Both the position numbers and the translations under genes were made by a program. Shown one piece after another: positions 41,833 through 51,854 of a DNA stretch of 64,000 bases. Positions within the stretch are counted from its first letter, which is position 1, and each line of letters begins with the position of its first letter. This stretch comes from Candidatus Bathyarchaeota archaeon (GTDB lineage: Archaea; Thermoproteota; Bathyarchaeia; TCS64): assembly GCA_963771885.1 (NCBI GenBank), contig CAVYVF010000023.1:32001-96000 (forward strand), given 5' to 3'. A model generated the notes under the pieces. The model saw only the letters and a list, made by a program, of their open reading frames with translations, was not told where the DNA came from and did not search any database.

Positions 41833-41982
41833 GCGGATCAGTGCTGTTGAAGACTAGCATAAGGTTATAAACCTTAGTCTAAGTCCCCAAGCACTAAAAA
41901 AGGGGGCTTTTCGATTCGTCAACGAATAGGGAGCAATCCTGCAAAAGTCTTTTAGGTTCCTCGTCACGGAAGCCTTGAAGAG

Positions 41983-44784
41983 ATGTTCAGCTACGCGTCG
42001 AAGAGGATAATCCGGGGGAGGGGCCTCTCCCTTGCTCTTTTCCTGAGCGTGGTGCTCGCCGCCACCCTCTTCTCCGGCATCCTCCAGGGGGCTGACGCAG
42101 TCGGTGGCTCCGCGCTCGACAACATGCTGGGTAAGTCGGATTGGGACGTCATCGACACAAACATCTACAACAAGAACACGACGGAGACACACATCTACGA
42201 CATCGACGACTTCTTCCTGAGCCTCGACGGCGTAGAGTCCGTCGACCACTTCATCAGACAGGGCATCGAGCTGAACTCGACGAAGATAAATGGGACAGTG
42301 CCCGTCACGATTATAGCCCTTCCCTCAAATGGTGAGCTGTCCGCAGGCATTACGGCGCCTAGCGGCCTAGAGGACGGTAAGCTCTACATCGACGTGGGCT
42401 CCGTCAACGCGACGCGCTTCACAGCGGGGGAGACTGTCGACCTCGGATTGCTCACCTACAGGCCCCTAAGTGGATCCGCTGACTTCAGGAGACTCTACTT
42501 CCCCATCGAGGTTGGCGAACCCGTCAGCATAGACGACCAGACTTGGTCGATATTCCTTTCAAACGACGACGGTGTCACGTATTATAACAGGTGGATGAGT
42601 GTCACGCTCGGCGGTTACGACACGTTCGGCGGCAGACCGCAGTACAACATCGTCGTCGTCACCGAGAACACCTACCGTGAGATACTTGACAGCATCTACG
42701 CGGTCAGGAGGGCGCCAACGATCATTCATAGTGTCGCCACAATTCGCTACGACCGCCCCGCCCTCCTCACTCAGTGGGATATAACGGGTTCGCAAACGAG
42801 GGTCAGGAACCTCAACGAGCAGGTCAACGGCATGGGCGGGGTCTACGACTACATCCCCGTAAACTACCTCGACCTCGCTCTGAGCCAGATCGGGTCAACG
42901 GCCTCCGAAACTAAGCTGAACACGATAGTCGTCACGATCCCAGTCTTCTTCACCGCCTGGTACCTCGGCATGACCGTGTCCGACGTCGCCCTCAGCCTCA
43001 GGCGCAAGGAGATTGGGCTCCTTCTCACACGTGGGATGAGCCACCGCCAAGTATTCGCCTCGCTGCTGACAGAGGCAGCGCTGAGCGGTGTGGTCGCGGG
43101 CATCCTAGGCGTCGCGCTTGGCGCAGTTATAATGCCTCTCGTCGTGAGTCGCGCGGGCTTCGACACACTCTTCAGGTTCGTCTCGCCCGTCACGCTGGCC
43201 GCGACCCTCGGGTTTAGCTTCGCCATCTCCGCTCTGGCCGCCATAAGCCCAGTGAGGAAGGCGACGAGTATGGAGATCGTGGAGGCTCTCCGCGAATACA
43301 GGGAGGAGGAGGAGAGCCTCGGCCACTGGGCCGTGCCGCTCATTGCCCTCATCCTCGGCCTCTACAAGCTCGCCATGCTCATCCTCAACGTCGACATAAC
43401 CACATTCAACCCCACGTCGGGGGACTTTATCAGCTTCCTCGCCTACTCAGTTTGGTACGGGATGGATTCCATCCTCGGCTACATCTGGACGATACTCCTC
43501 TTCTGGGGATTCACCAAGCTCTTCCTAATGTACGCCCCCCAGTTCCAGGGCGTGCTCAGCGGCGTTGCCGCGGGCATAACCGGCGAAGCGGCGAGGTTCA
43601 CGAGTATAAGCAGCAGGAGGAGCCTCAAGCGTGCTGGCTCCTACACTTTCATGTGCGCCCTGGTGATAAGTTACAGCTTCGTAGTATTTGGGAACGTGGC
43701 GATCACAAACGACTTCACGACTAGATACATAGGGGCGCAGCAGGGCGCGGACGTCGTGATACTCGCCTTCGGCGCAGACGGCGTAAACGAGATGGCGGAC
43801 AAGGTGCGCGCCATGCCGGGCGTCCAAACCGCCGCAGTCGAGATAGCCTTCGAGGCGGAGACGAGCGCCGGAACCATACAAGCAAGGGCCATAGAGGAGA
43901 GGTGGTGGAACGTCACTGCCTACACCGAAGATTTGTTCCTCGACCCGGCCTCATATGCGACCTTCGCCGCTGAGGATAACGTCTTCAGGAGCCAGCTCGG
44001 CATCCTGCAGGGGGCGAACGCCCTGCTCGATAGAGGCGCTGCCGACTTCTTCGGAATCCGCGACGACGGCACAGGCTTCCTCAACCTCGACGTCCAGAGG
44101 AGGGTCTACTCACTGAAGATTGTGGGGCTCTTCGGCAGGGACCTCGGCACCAACTGGGTCCCCCAGAACCCGATGGTCTATGTCCCAATGAACTTCACTT
44201 ACAACTGGGACCCCTCCTGGATAAGCGGGGCCCGGATACTCGTCAAGCTCGCCCCCGGCGCGGACACCGAGGCGCTGAAGACGCAGGTTGAGGCTCTCGG
44301 TATGAACATACAGAGAATAGATGTCACATCGGAGGTCGTCGCCCGGGCGCAGTCGTCCCCGCTCCTCGGGGGCTCGCAGCAGGTCAACCAGCTCGGCGTC
44401 ATATTCGCCGCCGCCGTCGCTTCCATCGGTATGGGACTAATAGTGTACACCCTGCTCAAGAGCAGGTCGACGGAGCTCAACCTCATGTCGATAAAGGGCT
44501 ACAGCGCTCGCCAGCTCGCCGTGAGTCTGGCCATAGAGAATATTGGGCTGGCAACCCTCGCAACGCTCCTAGGCGTCGGCAGCGGCATAATCAACCTAAT
44601 GGGTCAGGTCCAGCTATTCAACAAGTACATAATATCCTACACGGCGTGGAGGGTCATATTCCCGGTGACGGCCCAACTGCAGCTGATCCTCCTCTACGCG
44701 ATAATCGTCGCGGCGACACTCCTACCGATTGTGATGGTCGTCCGCAGGATAACGGAGAAACCGAACATCAAGGGTGAGGCGTGA
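41983..44784 (+). CDS. FtsX/MacB-type ABC transporter permease
   Basis: Two FtsX-like segments (RRKEIGLLLTRGMS, RSTELNLMSIKGYS) and large extracellular domains. Confidence 0.85.
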   Translation: MFSYASKRIIRGRGLSLALFLSVVLAATLFSGILQGADAVGGSALDNMLGKSDWDVIDTNIYNKNTTETHIYDIDDFFLSLDGVESVDHFIRQGIELNSTKINGTVPVTIIALPSNGELSAGITAPSGLEDGKLYIDVGSVNATRFTAGETVDLGLLTYRPLSGSADFRRLYFPIEVGEPVSIDDQTWSIFLSNDDGVTYYNRWMSVTLGGYDTFGGRPQYNIVVVTENTYREILDSIYAVRRAPTIIHSVATIRYDRPALLTQWDITGSQTRVRNLNEQVNGMGGVYDYIPVNYLDLALSQIGSTASETKLNTIVVTIPVFFTAWYLGMTVSDVALSLRRKEIGLLLTRGMSHRQVFASLLTEAALSGVVAGILGVALGAVIMPLVVSRAGFDTLFRFVSPVTLAATLGFSFAISALAAISPVRKATSMEIVEALREYREEEESLGHWAVPLIALILGLYKLAMLILNVDITTFNPTSGDFISFLAYSVWYGMDSILGYIWTILLFWGFTKLFLMYAPQFQGVLSGVAAGITGEAARFTSISSRRSLKRAGSYTFMCALVISYSFVVFGNVAITNDFTTRYIGAQQGADVVILAFGADGVNEMADKVRAMPGVQTAAVEIAFEAETSAGTIQARAIEERWWNVTAYTEDLFLDPASYATFAAEDNVFRSQLGILQGANALLDRGAADFFGIRDDGTGFLNLDVQRRVYSLKIVGLFGRDLGTNWVPQNPMVYVPMNFTYNWDPSWISGARILVKLAPGADTEALKTQVEALGMNIQRIDVTSEVVARAQSSPLLGGSQQVNQLGVIFAAAVASIGMGLIVYTLLKSRSTELNLMSIKGYSARQLAVSLAIENIGLATLATLLGVGSGIINLMGQVQLFNKYIISYTAWRVIFPVTAQLQLILLYAIIVAATLLPIVMVVRRITEKPNIKGEA

Positions 44785-45680
44785 TGAGCGAAAGGATAGC
44801 AGTCGAAGCGAAGAATTTGATAAGGGTATACAAGACGGGAGACTTGGAGGTACAAGCCCTCAGGGGCCTAAGCGTAACGGTCGGCGTTGGGGAGTTGGTA
44901 GCCCTCATAGGACCATCCGGCTCGGGCAAGAGTACGCTGCTAAACATCATCGGTGGCCTCGACCGCGCCACCGCGGGCTACATCGGTGTAATGGGCAGCG
45001 ACCTCACGCAGCTAAGCGCCTCCCAGCTAGTCGAGTTCAGGAGGAGAACCGTCGGCCACGTCTTCCAGAACATGAACCTAATTCCCACCCTCACGGCGGC
45101 GGAGAACATCGAGCTCCCCATGGCTGCGCTTGGCATGAAGAAGGACGCGCGCCGTAAGCGCGTCGAGGAGCTCATCGGCGTCGTCGGGCTAAAAGAGCGC
45201 ATGGACCACAAGCCCGGCGAGCTCAGTGGGGGTGAGCAGCAGCGAATAGCGTTAGCTGCTGCACTCGCGAACGACCCGCCACTCGTCCTCGCAGATGAGC
45301 CGACAGGCGAACTCGACACAGAGAACGCCATGATAGTCGTCAACTACCTCGCCAAGGTCAATCGAGAGCTCGGGAAGACCATCATAATGGTCACCCACGA
45401 TCCGCGCGTCGCCCGCTCTGCGAGCCGCCTGCTACGCATACAAGATGGCGTACTCGCAACCGACGAGGCCCCAAGCGAGGAGGCGGCGCCGACCCAGACT
45501 AACTACACGGACATGCTGAAGACGCGCCTCACAAGTATCGACTCACAGCTCGCGGAGCTCGACGCAGAGTTCAGGAGGGGCGTCATCACGAGCGACCAGT
45601 TCGTCGAGAGGCAGACAAGACTCAAGAGGACGAGGGATGTCCTAGGCGAGGAGCTCCACCGCCTCGGCGTCGTCCATTAA
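44784..45680 (+). CDS. LolD/MacB-type ABC ATP-binding protein
   Basis: GPSGSGKST, LSGGEQQR, ADEPTGELD, VTHD. Confidence 0.93.
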   Translation: MSERIAVEAKNLIRVYKTGDLEVQALRGLSVTVGVGELVALIGPSGSGKSTLLNIIGGLDRATAGYIGVMGSDLTQLSASQLVEFRRRTVGHVFQNMNLIPTLTAAENIELPMAALGMKKDARRKRVEELIGVVGLKERMDHKPGELSGGEQQRIALAAALANDPPLVLADEPTGELDTENAMIVVNYLAKVNRELGKTIIMVTHDPRVARSASRLLRIQDGVLATDEAPSEEAAPTQTNYTDMLKTRLTSIDSQLAELDAEFRRGVITSDQFVERQTRLKRTRDVLGEELHRLGVVH

Positions 45681-45711
45681 CTTTAATCAATTTTTAATTA
45701 AGAGAAGAGGC

Positions 45712-45834
45712 GGGCCACCAGCTTCCCCGGCTTCGCGTCGCCGAAGACAACACTACCGCCGCGAACGGAGCGTGGTTTAACTTCCGAGTTCGGAATGGGT
45801 TCGGGTGGTTCCCACGCCCTATGGCCGGTAACCC
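45712..45834 (-). rRNA. rrf: 5S rRNA (stand-alone)
   Basis: GGCCATAG...CACCCGAACCCATTCCGAACTCGGAAGTTAA; ends pair as helix I (GGGTTACCGGC/GCTGGTGGCCC); TTTAAA box 30 nt upstream. Confidence 0.95.
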
Positions 45835-45986
45835 AAACCAATGGCTATGGGTGTCAATTTTAAACCTTTTGGTGTCCTAAAAAGTAGGTTACGGGGAAAA
45901 TTACGTACGGTAGTCATTGGGAGGTGCTGATACCAAGACATTATACAAATAATGCGAATCGAACAACGGCATGTTCTGGTGGTTAG

Positions 45987-46309
45987 TCAACCATTGCTTA
46001 GTTCGACGTGAAACTCGGCAACCCAGACAACCGCTTCGGGGTCCCATGCGCCAGTGAGAGTTCGCCACTCCTCGATGAAACCTCTGAGGTTCTTGACTCC
46101 CTCTCGGCGAGCGTCCGTCTCGGTCATGTCGCCGAGCCTCTGTTGGTAGAGGCGGTCGACCCTGATCTTCTCTTCAAGTGTTCGAAGAAGCCAGTGCGTA
46201 TGTTGTAGGAACTCCCCTCCTTCACCATGGGTTTCCTCGTTCGCCGGGTCGTCGTCTTTGCCCTGGACAGGATCAGGGGGGTATATTGCTTCATCCAGAG
46301 TAGAGCCAC
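45987..46309 (-). CDS. ASCH-domain protein with a 1-nt deletion at about 46174
   Basis: ILSRAKTTTRR in one frame; RLGDMTETDARREG...W...VWVAEF in the next. Confidence 0.75.
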
Positions 46310-46394
46310 GACATGGATTAGGTGTCTCTGCGTTTAGTGATTGTGTGGTTCCCCGCCAGATTTATTAGGTGAAACCCTGTATGCGATTTGCACG

Positions 46395-46527
46395 GGGGTC
46401 GTGGTCTAGACAGGTATGACGTTGGGCTCCAGAAATCCATTAAGGACTTAACTGACCCGTGAGGGGATGACGAGTTTTTGGAGCAGAAACCCAAATGCCG
46501 GGGGTTCAAATCCTCCCGACCCCACCA
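46395..46527 (+). tRNA. trnW: tRNA-Trp(CCA) with a 56-nt intron at 37/38 (46433-46488); CCA encoded
   Basis: Acceptor GGGGTCG/CGACCCC; anticodon stem TTGGG/CCCAA with loop CT-CCA-G|A; T-loop GTTCAAATC. Confidence 0.93.
46433..46488 (+). ncRNA. Intron-encoded box C/D-like sRNA
   Basis: CTGA (46452-46455), CCC-GTGA-GGG stem, ATGACGA (46467-46473); segment TTTTTGGAG antisense to the anticodon loop. Confidence 0.65.
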
Positions 46528-46539
46528 TTGCTAATTACG

Positions 46540-47013
46540 TTACTTGCCTTTGGGGAGGCGGTCCGCCACTAGGTTTAGCTGTATACCATGTTCTAGCCAT
46601 GCCTTTGCCCCAGCAAGGCACCAAGTGAAGCCCCCGGTTGAGCCAAGGGCTGAGTTCATGATTGTGTCGCCGTCGCCGTGGAAACCACTCTCAGTGACGT
46701 CGACGAACGTAGCCTCCTTACCATACGGGGTGAACTTCCACTCCACCTTAGTGGGGTCGCCATAGCTTTGCCACTCTATGAGTATACTCTTATTCTCCTC
46801 AATCTCCTTGACGACTACCTCGGCGGAGACGTTGTACATCTCCCACGCCCACGTGACCTTCTGGCCCTCAGTTAGTTTGCCGCTGCCCTTGGTGAACCAG
46901 AACTTCGTCGTGACCTCGGGGTCGATGAAGGCGTTGAAGACTTCGGTGATTGGTCGGCGTATGAGCATCGCCGTGTTAGCGACAGGCTCCATTGTTAGCT
47001 GGAGCGTTTTCAT
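46540..47013 (-). CDS. SRPBCC/AHSA1-family protein
   Basis: MLIRRPITEVFNAFIDP...KFWFTKGSG...STGGFT. Confidence 0.88.
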   Translation of the reverse strand: MKTLQLTMEPVANTAMLIRRPITEVFNAFIDPEVTTKFWFTKGSGKLTEGQKVTWAWEMYNVSAEVVVKEIEENKSILIEWQSYGDPTKVEWKFTPYGKEATFVDVTESGFHGDGDTIMNSALGSTGGFTWCLAGAKAWLEHGIQLNLVADRLPKGK

Positions 47014-47111
47014 AAGTTAATTTCGGTCGATGAAATATAATAACTTCGTCAATGCTTGCGAGTTTTCCACGTGTTCTCCTGAACCCGTTGCATTTGGTAA
47101 AAGCTCGTGAC

Positions 47112-47921
47112 CTAGCGAATCCGGGAGAGTATCTCTTCCCTCTCGAACATGCCGAGCCCGATCCTGAGAATTATCAGATCAATTATCACGAAGATAAAGA
47201 ATAGTATGATTATGACCTCGGGGACAAGGAGTAGTACTCCGAGCGCCTGACCCACAACCAGCCCCATTATCGGGACGATGATGAGGACGCTGAGCTGCTG
47301 TGCCTCCCTGAAGCCCTTGACGCGTGCCGATACGATGACGGTCACTGCTATGCCCGCCATGGCCACGGCCGGGGCGAGTAGGAAGATTGAGAGCATCCAA
47401 TTGATGTTCGGAAGCACGAAGCGGTTGAATAGAGGGAATCCGAGGAAGTCGACGATCGCTGTGTAGGCGGCAAATGAGGCGAATGTCACGAACATGGAGG
47501 GGACGAAGGCGACGAGCATCTTTCCCACCATCAGCTCCGCATCGGTGAGCGGAGTGGCGAGGAGCCCCTCGATGGTCTTCCTCTCCTTCTCCCCCGCGAA
47601 GCTGTCGCTGGCGATCACGCTGGACGCCATCGCGGGTATGAGGAGGAAGAACGGCATGAAGACGAATGTCAGCATGAGGTAGGCGATAGTTTGGTTTGCG
47701 TTGAAGCCCGCGATCTCAGCGCGTACCACCTCAGGGAGTATGCCGAGCAGCCCCCCAAGGTCACCGGCGTCCGATGAGGACTCTGGTATGAGGAGTATAA
47801 TAGACGGTAGTAGTATGCAGAATATCATCGGTACAAGTAGAATGGGGAAAAGGATCTGCCAGTTGCGCCTCACCTCGAGCCAATCCTTCCTGAAGACCAG
47901 TAGAACCTTGTCGAATCTCAT
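47112..47921 (-). CDS. ABC-2 type transporter permease
   Basis: SFAGEKERKTIEGLLATP, REAQQL. Confidence 0.9.
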   Translation of the reverse strand: MRFDKVLLVFRKDWLEVRRNWQILFPILLVPMIFCILLPSIILLIPESSSDAGDLGGLLGILPEVVRAEIAGFNANQTIAYLMLTFVFMPFFLLIPAMASSVIASDSFAGEKERKTIEGLLATPLTDAELMVGKMLVAFVPSMFVTFASFAAYTAIVDFLGFPLFNRFVLPNINWMLSIFLLAPAVAMAGIAVTVIVSARVKGFREAQQLSVLIIVPIMGLVVGQALGVLLLVPEVIIILFFIFVIIDLIILRIGLGMFEREEILSRIR

Positions 47922-48859
47922 GCTTGTTCCTCCTTTGTGAGTTCGAGGTACGTGTCCTCAAGGGTAGGGCGCATGATATTGACGGACTTCACTCGTGCAC
48001 CTGCTTTGACGAGACTCGACACTATATCGGGTGTTCCAGCTTCAGGGTCGTCGAGGTCAAATAGGAGGATATCTACACCACTCATGGAGACGTTTTTCAC
48101 TCCTTCCAGTTTAGAGGCCTTTTTTAGAAGGACATCGTCCGCATGCTCTACCGTCACCTCGAGGGCTGGCGCGCCGTGCATCTTCCTGCGCAGGTCCTCG
48201 ACGCTCCCCGTCGCGAGTGGCGCGCCCTTCCTGATTATCATGACGCGGCTGCAGAGTCTCTCCGCCTCCTCAAGGTTGTGTGTGCAGAGAACGATTGTGC
48301 GCTTCTCGTGGCGGCTCATGTCCCACATGAGGTCACGTATATCCTTGGCTGTCTTTGGATCGAGCCCTGAAGAAGGCTCGTCGAGGAAGAGGACGCCGGG
48401 GTTGTGGACGACCGCTTTGGCTATTGCTAGCTTTTGTCTCATACCCTTCGACCATGTCCCCACCTTGTCGCCCCTGCGGTCCCAGAGGTCGAAGAACTCG
48501 AGAAGCTCACGTAGCCTCGCGTCCCTCTCGGTCCTGTCGGTGAGCCCGTATGCCTCGGCGAAGAACTCCATGTTTTCAAGCGCCGAGAGTCGGTCGTAGA
48601 TGCCTGGGTTCTCTGTGAGGACGCCGACTGCCTCCCTAACCTTGAGGGGCTCACTCACTATGTCGAAGCCTGCGACCTTCGCTGAGCCGGCGCTGGGGGC
48701 GATGAGGCAGGAGAGGAGCCGGACGGTGGTGGTCTTTCCTGAGCCGTTTGGGCCGAGGAGCCCGAATATCTCACCGGCATCTGCCTTGAAGCTGATCCCG
48801 TCGACGGCAGTCAGGGGGCCGAAGCGCTTGATGAGCCCCGTCGCCTCTATGCCCGACAT
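47918..48859 (-). CDS. ABC-2 type transporter ATP-binding protein
   Basis: GPNGSGKTT, SKGMRQK, LDEPSSGLDP, THNLEEAE. Confidence 0.93.
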   Translation of the reverse strand: MSGIEATGLIKRFGPLTAVDGISFKADAGEIFGLLGPNGSGKTTTVRLLSCLIAPSAGSAKVAGFDIVSEPLKVREAVGVLTENPGIYDRLSALENMEFFAEAYGLTDRTERDARLRELLEFFDLWDRRGDKVGTWSKGMRQKLAIAKAVVHNPGVLFLDEPSSGLDPKTAKDIRDLMWDMSRHEKRTIVLCTHNLEEAERLCSRVMIIRKGAPLATGSVEDLRRKMHGAPALEVTVEHADDVLLKKASKLEGVKNVSMSGVDILLFDLDDPEAGTPDIVSSLVKAGARVKSVNIMRPTLEDTYLELTKEEQA

Positions 48860-48936
48860 ATTGTTCAGCTAGTAGGCGTCTGGCCGGATTTAGGGAGTTC
48901 GATGTGGCTCTAGGGTGAGCGTAAGGGATGGAAACT

Positions 48937-49287
48937 TCACTTCTTCAGGGTTATCGTGTACCTTGCGCTGAGTGGCTTTAAGGCATCGTCCACTTTTCTT
49001 ATCGTCTCATTGATGTATTCTCTCGTTGGCTCGACCATCCATAGGAAGACGAAGTCGTGTCCCTCCAGCTCCTCGGCGGGGGCGAGGATGTGTCCGCAGC
49101 GCTCGTAGTCGATATTACCACGTCCCTTGAAGTAGTTGTAGACCCAGTCGACGGCGCGTGTGTAGGGGTCGGAGTGTAGGAGGAGGGGGTTCATGAGGCA
49201 GATGTGAGGGCTCTCAACAGCTATTTTCTCAAGTGCCTCGATGGATTCGAGGTAGGGTGGCGCGTAGATTCTGATCAATGCCTTCAT
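48937..49287 (-). CDS. Hypothetical protein
   Basis: Globular-looking ORF filling the intergenic gap. Confidence 0.6.
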   Translation of the reverse strand: MKALIRIYAPPYLESIEALEKIAVESPHICLMNPLLLHSDPYTRAVDWVYNYFKGRGNIDYERCGHILAPAEELEGHDFVFLWMVEPTREYINETIRKVDDALKPLSARYTITLKK

Positions 49288-49338
49288 AATTGACTCTATC
49301 ACTCGTTTGGAAGAGTGGGCTATAATCCTTGACTAGGT

Positions 49339-50376
49339 CTACTTGGATATCTTCTCGAGGAAGGCCTTGACGAGTAGTATGGTGTTCTCTATGTCCTCGG
49401 TTGAGGTTATCGCGGCGGGACCGTGTATGTACCTGCAGGGAACAGCTATGGTGCCGCTGGGGACGCCACCCTTGGTCAGGTGGATGCTCCCCGCGTCGGT
49501 GCCGCCGCTAGGTATCTTCTTGAACTGGTAGGGGATCTTCCCCGCCTCGGCGGCGTCCACGATGGTCTTGAGGACCTTGGGGTGGACGATGACGCTGGAG
49601 TCGGCTATCGTGACGACGGGGCCCTTCTTGAGGGAGGCGGGTATCATGTGTGGCGCCATACCCGGCATGTCTACGGCGAATGTGCCCTCGAGGGCGAGGC
49701 CATAGTCGGGGTCCACCTGGTACGCGGCGGTCTTGGAGCCGCGGAGCCCGACCTCCTCCTGCACGGTGCCGACGGCGACGACATTGAGTTGGGAGCCCTT
49801 GAGCCACTTGAAGACCTCCGCTAGGACATAGCAGCCGGCGCGGTCGTCGAGCGCCTTTCCCCGGATGTAGCCCTCTCCGAGGTCGATGAACTCGACGTCG
49901 AAGACGCCGGTCATACCGACGTAGGCTCCCCGTTTCTCCGCCTCCTCTCGCGTACAGGTGCCTATGTCGACGAACAGGTCGTCGAGGACGACGGGCTTCT
50001 TCCTCTCCTCCTCGCTCATGATGTGGGGCGGCTTCGTGCCGACGACGCCCTTGAGGTCGGCTTTCTTGCCCCGGAATACTAGCCTCTGCCCGGGGAGTAG
50101 GTTAGGGACGACGCCCCATGAGTGGAGGCGGAGGTATCCCTGATCCTCTATGTGGCGGACGAGGAAGCCGACCTCGTCCATGTGGGCCGCGAGCATGATG
50201 AGTGGTTTCCCCTCCTTACACCTGTGGGTGAAGAGGATGTTGCCCAGCTTGTCGATCTGGGTCTCATCCGCGTAGCCCTCAAGCTCCGCCTTGAGTATCT
50301 CCCTCACCTCGTCCTCCGAGCCTGGAGGACCGTAGGCGTTCGACAGTCTCTCAAGAAGCGCCGTGTCCATACGCAT
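49339..50376 (-). CDS. M42-family (TET) aminopeptidase
   Basis: AAHMDEVG, KALDDRAG, QEEVGLRG, GGTDAG, RYIH. Confidence 0.93.
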   Translation of the reverse strand: MRMDTALLERLSNAYGPPGSEDEVREILKAELEGYADETQIDKLGNILFTHRCKEGKPLIMLAAHMDEVGFLVRHIEDQGYLRLHSWGVVPNLLPGQRLVFRGKKADLKGVVGTKPPHIMSEEERKKPVVLDDLFVDIGTCTREEAEKRGAYVGMTGVFDVEFIDLGEGYIRGKALDDRAGCYVLAEVFKWLKGSQLNVVAVGTVQEEVGLRGSKTAAYQVDPDYGLALEGTFAVDMPGMAPHMIPASLKKGPVVTIADSSVIVHPKVLKTIVDAAEAGKIPYQFKKIPSGGTDAGSIHLTKGGVPSGTIAVPCRYIHGPAAITSTEDIENTILLVKAFLEKISK

Positions 50377-50469
50377 CGATTCCGATGACGCTGATGGGTG
50401 ATATAATACTTGAGAAAACCCGGCTAGAGCCTGGAATATTCTCTGGACGGCCTCGACGCTGCACGCGCT

Positions 50470-50667
50470 CAACAAGAGGGGTTAAAGCCCGTCACCCACG
50501 AGTTGTCGACAAGCATCTCCGCGCTCTTCACCGCAGGCGACGTAACAGATAGGAAGGAGCAGACCGCAATCGCAGTCGGGTAAGGCGCCTAAGCAACCCT
50601 AGCTGCTTATGAGTATCTCTACTTGAAGGGGCTAACAAAGAAGCTGACGCGCGAAATCTGGCAGTAG
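50470..50667 (+). pseudogene. trxB: C-terminal remnant of thioredoxin reductase
   Basis: TSISALFTAGDVTDRKEQTAIAVG*GA*ATLAAYEYL with in-frame TAA at 50581 and 50590. Confidence 0.75.
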
Positions 50668-50669
50668 GG

Positions 50670-51317
50670 CTAGACTTCGTACTTCGTCGGGTCGGGTATC
50701 CCCGCCTCTGCGAATGCCCTCTTCCTGTTGTTGCAGGACTCGCACTCTCCACAATGGGTAGGCCCCTGAAGGTAGCAGGACCACGTCTTCTCAAGAGGGA
50801 CTCCGAGTCTCACAGCTTCCCGGAGGACTCCGGATTTACGTAAATGGCTGAGGGGGGAAGTTATCGTGATGTCATTCGCTGTGCCGAGGCGCGCAGCCTT
50901 CTCGAACGCCTCGTAGAACTCTCTTCGGCAATCAGGGTAGAACTCCTCGTCCCCCGCATGGGCACCATATATGACGAGGTCGGCACCGATCCCGTCGGCG
51001 AACGCGACAGCTACGGATAGGAAAATTCCATTGCGGAAGGGCACGATGATCGGGTCGGTGAACGTGCCCGTGACCTCCATCTCCGCATCGACAAGACTCG
51101 TGACACCTTCATAGATGCCACTCAAGTTCCTGAGGTCGATGATCTTGTGGGGTATCTTCAGTATCCTAGTGATCTCGGTAGCATGCTCTATCTCGACCTG
51201 CGCCTTCTGGCTGTAGTTGAACGTGAGGGCGTGGACCTCGTAGTTCTTCTCCCTCGCCCAGTAGGCGGCGGTTACTGAGTCTGGTCCCCCGCTGAGTATG
51301 ATGACACATTTCCTCAT
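50670..51317 (-). CDS. queC: 7-cyano-7-deazaguanine (preQ0) synthase
   Basis: LSGGPDS, VPFRNGIFLS, YPDCR, TWSCY...HCGECESC..RK. Confidence 0.95.
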   Translation of the reverse strand: MRKCVIILSGGPDSVTAAYWAREKNYEVHALTFNYSQKAQVEIEHATEITRILKIPHKIIDLRNLSGIYEGVTSLVDAEMEVTGTFTDPIIVPFRNGIFLSVAVAFADGIGADLVIYGAHAGDEEFYPDCRREFYEAFEKAARLGTANDITITSPLSHLRKSGVLREAVRLGVPLEKTWSCYLQGPTHCGECESCNNRKRAFAEAGIPDPTKYEV

Positions 51318-51319
51318 TT

Positions 51320-51787
51320 CTACCACTTCATCCTCCGCTCAAGCACCGTAAATATTCCCGCTCCCAGGACGTTGATTATGAGCTCGCTTGCCAGTAACCC
51401 AGGAAGAGTCAACCCGACAGGTAGACTGAACAGCTGCAACAGCATCCACGAAACGCATACCGGGATGATGATGGCAATGATCAGCCCGCAGGTCCAGTAG
51501 CTTCCCCCGAAGCGCTTCGCTACCTCGTAGCCGATGAGCCCCGCGGCGAGGCTCGCAACAGGCATGAAGAGGAGCTCGTAGATACCCGCGAAGGGGCTCA
51601 TGAGGTTACCAACGACGACGCCGATGGCGTAGCCTACTGCTAGCACCCTCATCCGGGCTATCCCGGGCCTGACGACGCCGGCGAGCCTGAACTGAAGTAC
51701 ACCGAAGCTTATCGGCGAGAAGACGATGACGAGCGACGCGTAGAGCGCCGCATAAACAGCTACTAGGGATAGTTCTCTCGTGTTCAA
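51320..51787 (-). CDS. queT: QueT-family 7-deazaguanine precursor transporter
   Basis: AVYAALYA.L...PISFGVLQFR; TTG start at 51787 with GGAGG SD; directly upstream of queC. Confidence 0.8.
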   Translation of the reverse strand: MNTRELSLVAVYAALYASLVIVFSPISFGVLQFRLAGVVRPGIARMRVLAVGYAIGVVVGNLMSPFAGIYELLFMPVASLAAGLIGYEVAKRFGGSYWTCGLIIAIIIPVCVSWMLLQLFSLPVGLTLPGLLASELIINVLGAGIFTVLERRMKW

Positions 51788-51796
51788 CGCTTTTTT

Positions 51797-51854
51797 GCCT
51801 CCCTCCACCGGGATTTCTAAGGCGGAGTCGGGTGGGAGGCCCCACTCACCCGCC
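51797..51854 (-). promoter_or_regulatory. Candidate riboswitch (SD-sequestering pseudoknot) in the queT-queC leader
   Basis: Three mutually compatible helices: CGGGUG/CACCCG, CUCCGCC/GGUGGAG and GCCUCC/GGAGGC (covering the SD); TTATAT box at 51884-51879. Confidence 0.6.
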
